Shown here: piece by piece, positions 55,510 to 64,000 of the stretch
How the letters are laid out: each line of letters begins with the position of its first letter
Position numbering within the stretch: position 1 is the stretch's first letter
Assembly: GCF_009914755.1 (NCBI RefSeq)
Contig: NC_060929.1
Strand: one strand, 5' to 3'
Origin: the human T2T-CHM13v2.0 reference genome, Homo sapiens
Length of the DNA: 64,000 nt
Made by a program: the position numbers and the translations under genes
The notes under the pieces: model-generated
What the model saw: the letters and a program-made list of their open reading frames with translations, nothing else
What the model was told of the DNA's origin: nothing
Databases searched by the model: none

Positions 55510-55760
55510 ATAGCCCCTCAATGAACCACAGCTCCTGGCATTCATACTATTATGTGGTTCCCACTTCATTTAATCTTAGCTGGACTCCAGTAATCAAAAT
55601 AATATGGAGAAAATTGATACTAAAATAATTTCGAGCTGTTATGTACTAATGGAAAGTTGATAACATTGTCACCTGCACTAATATTAAAAAAAGAAGGTGA
55701 AAATGAATCAATGGATTTTGATACAGATATTCTTAGGCAGAATGTCAAAAGTGCCAACTA
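55510..55760 (+). mobile_element. MLT1 LTR start and MaLR-internal fragment
   Basis: cccctcaatgaaccacagctcctggcattcatac; aacattgtcacctgcac...ttcttaggcagaatgtcaaaagtgcc. Confidence 0.45.
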
Positions 55761-56019
55761 CATATAAAAGTAATGTAAGATATGTAATGTGTAATGCATA
55801 AAGCAATATTAAAAATATAAAATATACTTTATTGTATCATCTATTCATATATATGTATACATATGTATATACTTACAAGAAATATGTATATACAAACCCA
55901 GAAAGTAATAATATAGTTTTGAACATCTAGTTATCAGAAATATGTGTTCATTTGCATAACCTTTTGTTAGGTTTTCTGTTACACGCAGCTAAGTTCATTC
56001 CTACATGTTAAAATTGCAA

Positions 56020-56525
56020 AAGGATATAACCAAATTCCTTGATGTGATAAGTGAGAGCTTTCATAAGTTTACTACTCCCTATATCTCCAGCCTTGGGTTT
56101 CACAGCTATCCAACTGACTCCCTTTGCTGTAGACAATCCACTCTCCAGTTGTATAACAATAGGAAATCACGATGCTGTTTGAAACATTATCCTCTTGAAA
56201 TAAACATCTATTCCTCTTGAAATTCAGAATAGGTACTGGTTTGTAGGTTCTGCGACATCCTCAGTAAAGATGTCTGATTGAATGCTTGGAGCTTAATGTT
56301 TTCCAAATGATTCTGATCACATAACTATTCAACTAGCACCTTTTAACAATACTCAGTCTAAGCATTCTATGAGAAATGCATTGTGAAATGCTGTCTAGGC
56401 ACATGAAATTCTTGCAGTGTTCCAAACATGCCTTTTCACTTCCAGGCTTTGTTGAAAGTATTGCTGTAGATCCATCTAAATGACAATTTTTACTTTTCTT
56501 TACCTGGAGTGCTGCTCCTCATGAC
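56020..56525 (+). mobile_element. L2 fragments
   Basis: atctccagcctt, attcttgcagtgttccaaacatgcc, ttccaggctttg. Confidence 0.45.
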
Positions 56526-56755
56526 ATACAACTCCTGACTTGTATAGGAAACGCACAACTGATTCTGTCTTCAAAAGCCAAGCCTAATTTTACAAATAAT
56601 CTTGGAATTGTCTCAGGAATGGATCCCTTTTCAGGAAATTACGTAAAGCACATAAATTTTGTTTGCAATTCAAAATCCCCAAACCACGTAAGACTAAGGG
56701 AAAAACTGAATTTTTGCCCAAATGGTATTACTTACATGATAAATCTCCCATGAGA

Positions 56756-56759
56756 ATAA

Positions 56760-56809
<50 letters not shown>

Positions 56810-56904
56810 ATATATATATGCCATATATATATGCCTTATATATATAATAATATAATGATATTATTATGATTCAAGATGAGATTTGAGTTCACAGCCATGT
56901 AAGC

Positions 56905-56946
<42 letters not shown>

Positions 56947-56958
56947 TTTATATATATA
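56756..56958. repeat. Complex (AT)22 / ATATATATATGCC / (TA)n(GT)n microsatellite containing a templated insert
   Basis: Direct reading; see finding. Confidence 0.9.
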
Positions 56959-57720
56959 CAACATTTAAATCAATCATTTAATTTAAATGTTTTTCCTTCA
57001 ACCAATTCATGCCCAATGAACTGGACAGATATTTTCTAATGCAGAAGTCTGGGCATCCTTGCTATTGGGCCAATTAGAGCACACAGATTCCACCTTCGGC
57101 TAAACACTGACCTCAGATTAAGTGGTAATGCCTTCAGTACTCCTTGGTAATAAAATGCTCTCTCTTTTTTTTGTCATAGAAAATATATATTATTCTCACA
57201 TTCTTGATTTTCCACTTAGGCTGTTCATACAATTAAAAACACTACAGGCTTTTTAAGCAGAAAACTTCTTACTGAAATGCAGTTACCAATACAGAAAAGA
57301 TTGTACAGGCTTCACACTACGTTACATTACTGCTAAGTGTGAGGAATAAGATAAATCTCATAATTAAAGATCAGAAACTACACTTACTTTAGATGAGGAA
57401 TCAGGGGATCAAGTGGAAGTTACTTCTTTGAACACCCCAGACGACTGACATTGCCAGGAGCCTCAATTTACTTGCTGTTGGAAAATGGAAGAAGGACCTC
57501 CTTCTGGCCCTTCCTGCTTTAGGTGTTGACTTTTCCACCCTATGCTTCTTGATATCACAGAAGTGAAAGATTTACTGATTTTTCAGTTATTTCATTAAAC
57601 TTCCTATAAATTTCCTTGCATTTTATATTTATCCAACAAAGACACTTGGAGAGTTTTGCTCATTTGTTTTATAGACAATCCTCTGACATATATTGGTCAA
57701 AGTTCACTTAATAATTTCTT

Positions 57721-58009
57721 CCTTTCTTTCTTTTTTGAGACAGAGTCTAATTCTGTTGCCCAGGCTGGAGTGCAGTGGCACGATCTCTGCTCACTGCAAG
57801 CTCAGGTTCATGCCATTCTCCTGCCACAGCCTCCCGAGTAGCTGGGACTACAGGTGCCCACTGCCACGCCCAGATAATTTTTTGTATTTTTAATAGGGAA
57901 GGAGTTTCACCGTGTTAGCCAGGATGGTCTCCATCTCCTGACCTCGTGATCTGCCAGCCTCGGCCTCCCAAAGTGCTGGGATTACAGGAGTGAACCACTG
58001 AGCCCAGCC
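57721..58009 (-). mobile_element. AluY-like
   Basis: ctgcaagct, ggttcatgccattctc, ccgtgttagccaggatggtctc; TSD cttaataatttctt. Confidence 0.93.
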
Positions 58010-58109
58010 CTCTTAATAATTTCTTTTCATCTGTTGAGCATATGTTCATCTTGCCACAGTAGGTTCACAGCATGAAACACACAAACACACACACACACAC
58101 TTCAAAGCA

Positions 58110-59450
58110 GGGGGGTTTCTGGACCAGATGGCTGAATAGGAACAGCTCCGGTCTGCAGCTCCCAGGGAGACCCAACACAGAAGGCAAATGATTTCTGCAT
58201 TTCCAACTGAGGTACCTGGTTCATCTTATTGAGACTGGTTAGACAGTGAGTCCAGCTCATGGAGGGCTAGCAGAAGCAAGGTGGGGCGTCACCTCACCAC
58301 CTCACTGGGAAATACAAGGCGGTCAGGGGATTCCCCTCCCCCAGCCAAGGGAAACTGTGAGTGGGGGATGGTGCTATCCAGCCCAGATACTACGCTTTTC
58401 CCACTGTCTTTGCAACCCACAGGAGATTCCCTCAGGTGTTTACATCACCAGGGCCCTGGGTTTCAAGTGCAATACCGGGCGGCTGTTTGGATAGACACCA
58501 AACTAGCTGCAGGAGTTTTTTTGTACCCCAGTGGCACCTGGAACGCCAACGAAACATAACTGTTCACTTCCCTGGAAAGGGGGTTGAAGCCAGGGAGCTA
58601 AGTGGTCTAGCTCAGCAGATCCCAGCCCCACAGAGCCCAACAAGCTAAGATCCACTGGCTTGAAATTCTCGCTGCCAGCACAACAGTCTGAAGTGGACCT
58701 GGGATGCTCCAGCTTGGTGGAGGGATGGACATCCATCATTACTGAGGGAGGCTTGAGTAGGTGGTTTTCCCCTCACAGTGTAAACAAAGCCACAGGGAAG
58801 TTTGGAATGGGTGGAGCCCACCGCAGTGCTGCAAAGCCTCTGTAGCCAGACTGCCTCTCTAGATTCCTCCTCTCTGGGCAGGGCATCTCTGAAAGAAAGG
58901 CAGCAGCCCCAGTCAGAGGCTTATAGATAAAACTCCCATCTCCCTGGGACAGAGCACCTGAGGGAAGGGGCAGCCGTGGGTGCAGCTTCAGCAGACTTAA
59001 ACGTTTCTGCATGCGGGCTCCGAAGAGAGCAGCAGATCTCCCAGCACAGTGCTTGAGTTCTGCTAAGGGACAGACTGCCTCCTCAAGTGGGTCTGTGACC
59101 CCCGTGCCTCCTATGGGGAGATACCTTCCAGCAGGGGTCAACAGACACCTCATATAGGAGAGCTCTGCCTGGCAACTGGTGGGTGGCCCTCTGTGACGAA
59201 GCTTCCAGAGGAAGGAGCAGCCAGGAATCACTGCTGTTCTGCAGCATCCGCTGGTGATACCCAGGCAAACAGTGTTTGGAGTAGACCTCCAGCAAACTCC
59301 AGCAGACCTGCACAAGTGGGGTCTGACTGTTAGAAGGAAAACCAACAAACAGAAAGTGATAGCATCAACATCAACAAAAAGGATGACTACGCAAAAACCC
59401 CATCCGAAGGTCACCAACATCAAAGAACAAAGGTAGATAAATCCACGAAG
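58110..59450 (+). promoter_or_regulatory. L1 5' UTR (internal sense and antisense promoter relic)
   Basis: Position upstream of ORF1; YY1-type (c)agatggct near the 5' end is degenerate; most CpGs decayed. Confidence 0.6.
58503..58739 (-). other. Open antisense ORF homologous to L1 ORF0 (78 aa)
   Basis: MMDVHPSTKLEHPRSTSDCCAGS...SVGLGSAE aligns by eye with ORF0 (MAGAPPPASLPPCSLISDCCASN...SVGVGPSE); antisense within the 5' UTR; ATG start. Confidence 0.6.
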
Positions 59451-60461
59451 ATGAGAAAAAAAAAGCTCAAAAGGGCTGAAAATTCCCAGAACTACAATGA
59501 CTTTTCTCCTCCAAAGGATTACAACTCCACGCCAGCAAGGGAACAAAACTGGACAGAGAATGAGTTTGACGAATTGACAGAAGTAGGCTTCAGAAGGTAA
59601 TAACAAACTCCTCCAGCTAAAGGAGCATGTTCGAACCCAATGCAAGGAAGCTAAGAACATTGATAAAAGGTTACAGGTACTGCTAACTGGAATAACCAGT
59701 TTAGAGAAGAATATAAATGACCTGATGGAGCTGAAAAACACAGCAAAAGAACTTCATGAAGCATACAAGTTTTATCAATAGTCAAATTGATCAAGTGGAA
59801 GAAAGGGTGAAGATCAACTTAATGAAATCAAGTGTGAAGACATGATTAGAGAAAAAAGAATAAAAAGGAATGAACAACGCCTCCAAGAAATATGGGACTA
59901 TGTGAAAAGACCAAACCTACGTTTGATTGGTGTACCTGAAAGTGATGGGGAGAATGGAACCAAGTTGGAAAGCACACTTCAGTATATTATCCAGGAGAAC
60001 TTCCCCAACTTAGCAAGACAGGTCAATATTCAAATTTAAGAAATACAGAGAACACCACAAAGATACTCCTTGAGAAGAGCAACCCCAAGACATATAATCA
60101 TCAGATTCACCAAGGTTGAAATGAAGGAAAAAATGTTAAGGGAAGCCAGAGAGAAGGGTTGGGTTACCCACAAAGGGAAGCCCATTAGACTAACAGCAGA
60201 TCTCTCTCCAGAAACCCTGCAAGCCAGAAGGGAGTGGGGGCCAACATTTAACATTCTTAAAGTAAAGAATTTTCAACCTAGAATTTCATATCCAGCCAAA
60301 CTATGCTTCATAACTAGAGGAGAAACAAACTCCTTTACAGACAAGTAAATGCTGAGAAATTTTGCACCACCATGCCTGCCTTACAAGAGCTTCTGAAGGA
60401 AGCACTAGATATAGAAAGGAAAAACTGGTACCAGCCACTACAAAAACATACCAAAATGTAA
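59451..60461 (+). pseudogene. L1 ORF1 (RNA-binding protein), disrupted
   Basis: Fragments EKRIKRNEQRLQEIWDYVKRPNLRLIGVPE and RRATPRHIIIRF...LQARREWG; stops and frameshifts. Confidence 0.92.
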
Positions 60462-60524
60462 AGAACATCGATACTATGAAGAAACTGCATCAACTAATGG
60501 GCAAAATAATCAGCTAGAATCATA

Positions 60525-63500
60525 ATGACAGGATCAAATTCACACATAACAATATTAACCTTAAATGTAAATGAGCAAAATGCCCCATTTAAAAGACACA
60601 GACTGGCAAATTGGATAAAGAGTCAAGACCCATTGGTGTGCTGTATTCAGGAGACCCATCTCACATGCAAAGACTCACGTGGGCTCAAAATAAAGAGATG
60701 GAGGAAGATTTACCAAGCAAATGGAAAGTAAAAAAAAAGCAGGGATTGCAATCTTAGTCTCTAATAAAACAGACTTTAAACCAAAAAAAGACAAAGAAGG
60801 GTATTACATAATGGTAAAGGGATCAATGCAATGAGAAGAACTAACTATCCTAAATGTATATGCACCCAATACAGGAGCACCCAGATTAATAAAGCAAGTT
60901 CTTGGCGATCTACAAAGAGACTTAGACTCCCATACAAAAATAGTGAGAGATTTTAACACCTCACTATCAGTATTAGACAGATCAAAGAGACAGAAAATTA
61001 GCAAGGACATTCAGGACTTGAACTCAGTTCTGGACCAAGCAGACCTAATAGACATCTACAGAACTCCCCACCCCAAATCAACAGAATATACATTCTTCTC
61101 AGTACCACATCACACTTATTCTAAGATTGACCACATAATTGGAAGTAAAACACTTCAGCAAATGTGAGAGAACAGAAATCATAACAGTCTCTCAGACCAC
61201 AGTGCAATCAAATTAGAACTCAGCATTAAGAAACTGACTCAAAACCACACAACTACATGGAAACGAAGCAACCTGCTCCTGAATGACTACTGGGTAAATA
61301 ACGAAATTAAGGCAGAAACAAAGACACAGCGTACCAGAATCCCTGGGACACAGCTAAAGCAATGTTTAGAGGGAAATTTATGGCACTAAATGGCAAAGGA
61401 GAAAGCAGGAAAGATCTAAAATCAACACCCTAACATCACAATTAAAAAAACAAGAGAAGCAAGAGCAAACAAATTCAAAAGCTTGCAGAAGACAAGAAAT
61501 ACCTAAGATCAGAGCAGAACTGAAGGAGATAGAGACACGAAAAACCCTTCAAAAAATCAGTGAATCCAGGAGTTGTTTTTTTTGAAAAAATTAACAAAAT
61601 AGACTGCTAGCCAGAATAATAAAGAAGAAAAGAGAGAGGAATCAAAGAGACATGATAAAAAATGAAAAAGGGGATATCAGGATATCACCACTGATCCCAC
61701 AGAAATACAAACTACCATCAGAGAATACTATAAATACCTCTATGCAAATTAACTAGAAAATCTGTAAGAAATGGATAACATACACCCTCCCAAGACTAAA
61801 CCAGGGAGAAGTCAAAACCCTGACTAGACCAATAACAAGTTCTGAAATTGAGGCAGCAATTAATTGCCTACCAAGCAAAAAAAAGCCTGGGATCATATGC
61901 ATTCACAGCCTACTTCTACCAGAGGTAAAATAGAAGCTGGTGCCAGTCCTTCTGAAATTATTCCAAGCAATAGAAAAAGAGGGACCCCTCCTGAACTCAT
62001 TTTATGAAGTCAACATCATCCTAATACCAAAGTCTGGCAGAGCCACAACAACAACAACAAAAATTTCAGGCCAATATCCTTGACGAATGTTGATGCAAAA
62101 ATCTTTAATAAAATACTGGCAAACCGAATCCAGCAGCACATCACAAAGCTTATCCATCATGATCAAGTCGGCTTCATCCCTGGGATGCAAGGCGGTTTCG
62201 ACATACACAAAGCAATAAATGTAATCCATTCACTTAAACAGAACCAATGACAAAAACCACATGATTATCTCCATAGATGCAGAAAAGGCCTTCGATAAAA
62301 TTCAACACCCCTTCATGCTAAAAACACTCAATAAACTAGGTATTGATGGAATGTATCTCAAAATAGTAAGAGCTATTTATGACAAACCCACAGCCAATAT
62401 TATACTGAATGGGCAAAAGCTGGAAGCATTCCCTTTGAAAACTGCCACAAGACAAGGATGCCCTTTCTCACCACTTCTATTCAACATAGTATTGGAAGTT
62501 CTGCCCAGGACAATCAGGCAAGAGAAAGAAATAAAGGGTATTCAAATAGGAAGGGAGAAAATTATATTATCTCTGTTTGCAGATAACATGATTGTATATG
62601 TAGAAAACCCTATCATCATCCCCAAAACTCCTTAAGCTGATAAGCAACTTCAGCAAAGTCTCAGGATAAAAATCAATGTGCAAACATCACAAGCATTCTT
62701 ATACAACAATAATAGACAAACAGAGAGCCAAATCATGAGTGAAATCCCATTCATAATAGCTACAAAGGGAATAAAATACCTAGGAATACAGCTTACAAGG
62801 ACTGTGAAGGGCCTCTTCAAGGTGAGCTACAAACCACTGCACAAGGAAATAAGAGAGGACACAAACAAATGGAAAAACATTCCATGCTCATGGATAGGAA
62901 CCATCAATATCGTGAAAATGTCCATATTGCCTAAAGTAATTTATAGACTCAGTCTATCCCCACCAAGCTACCATTGACTTTCTTCAAAGTATTAGAAAAT
63001 AGTAATTTAAATTTTATATGGAGCCAAAAAAGAGCCCATATAGCCAAGATAATCCTAAGCAAAAGAATGAAGCTGGAGGTATCATACTATCTGACTTCAA
63101 ACTATACTACAAGGCTACAGTAATCAAAACAGCATGGTACTGGTAGCAAAACAGATTTATAGACCAATGGAACAGAACAGAAGCCTCAGAAATAACACCA
63201 CACATCTAAAACCATCTGATCTTTGACAAACCTGACAAAAGCAAAGGGGAAAGGATTCTGTATTTAATAAATGGTGTGGGGAAAACTGGCTAGCCATATG
63301 CAGAAAACTTAAACTGGATGCCTTACTTACACCTTATTCAAAAATTAACTCAACTTGGTTTAAAGACTTAAACGTAAGACCTAAAACCGTAAAAACCCTA
63401 GAAGAAAACCTAGGCAATACCTTTGAGGACACAGGCATGGGCAAAGATTTCATGACTAAAACATCAAAAGCAATGGCAACAAAAGCCAAAATTGACAAAT

Positions 63501-64000
63501 GGGATCTAATTAAACTAAAGAGCTTCTGCACAGCAAAAGTAACTATGATCAGGGTGAAGAGACAACCTACAGAATGGGAGAAAATTTTTGCAATCTATCC
63601 ATCTGACTAAGGGCTAATATCCAGATTCTACAAGGAACTCAAACAAATTTACTAGAAAAAAACAACCCCAACAAAAGTGGGCAAAGGATATGAACAAAGG
63701 AAATGAACTTCTCAAAAGAAGACATTTATGTGGCCGATAAACATATGAAAAAAAAGCTCATCATCACTGGTCGTCAGAGAAATGCAAATCAAAACCACAA
63801 TGATATACTATCTCATGCCAGTTAGAATGGCGACCATTAAAAAGTCAGGAAACAACAGATGCTGGAGAGGATGTGGAGAAATAGGAATGCTTTTGCACTG
63901 TTGGTGGGAGTGTCAATTAGTTCAACCATTGTGGAAGACAGTGTGGTGACTCCTCAAGAATCTAGAACCAGAAATACCATTTGACCCAGAAATCCCATTA
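60525..64000 (+). pseudogene. L1 ORF2 (endonuclease/reverse transcriptase), disrupted
   Basis: [54 protein letters not shown]; the catalytic FADD is mutated to FADN; many stops and indels. Confidence 0.95.

Larger units (their letters stand above)
58110..64000 (+). mobile_element. Near-full-length LINE-1 (L1PA7/PA8-like), continuing past the window end
   Basis: 5' end gggggg...cagatggctgaataggaacagctccggtctgcagctccc; ~1.34-kb 5' UTR; ORF1, spacer and ORF2 collinear. Confidence 0.93.

Noticed and set aside
58110-64000. Retrotransposition-competent L1
   Set aside because: Multiple stops and frameshifts, ORF2 deletions near 61320 and 61779, and an RT active site of FADN instead of FADD.

Overview
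This is eukaryotic, primate (human/hominoid-like) genomic DNA: AT-rich, CpG-poor, gene-poor and dominated by interspersed repeats. I see no intact protein-coding gene, RNA gene, CRISPR array or prokaryotic system. The short ORFs in the track are chance ORFs or Alu/L1/LTR translations. Main contents: about 14 Alu/FLAM elements; many MaLR, ERV1 and ERVL solo LTRs; DNA-transposon MITEs (Tigger2a, MER2B, MER45A, MER63, MER94, MER5); L2, MIR and CR1 relics; a decayed two-LTR MER65-like provirus (27.4-36.1 kb) carrying six nested insertions, including a young LTR2B; and a near-full-length dead L1PA7-like element (58.1 kb to window end) whose antisense ORF0-homologous frame is still open. The most unusual signals are three junctions that look like templated or fold-back repair (notably a 38-bp locus-specific copy of a THE1 LTR end pasted into a palindromic (AT)n tract 1.4 kb away), a strongly signalled 29-nt minus-strand micro-exon candidate, plus-strand exon candidates, a GATA-site cluster built by tandem duplication, and a pre-miRNA-sized hairpin. 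Repeat family names come from recalled consensus sequences, not from a search, so subfamily calls and boundaries are approximate.
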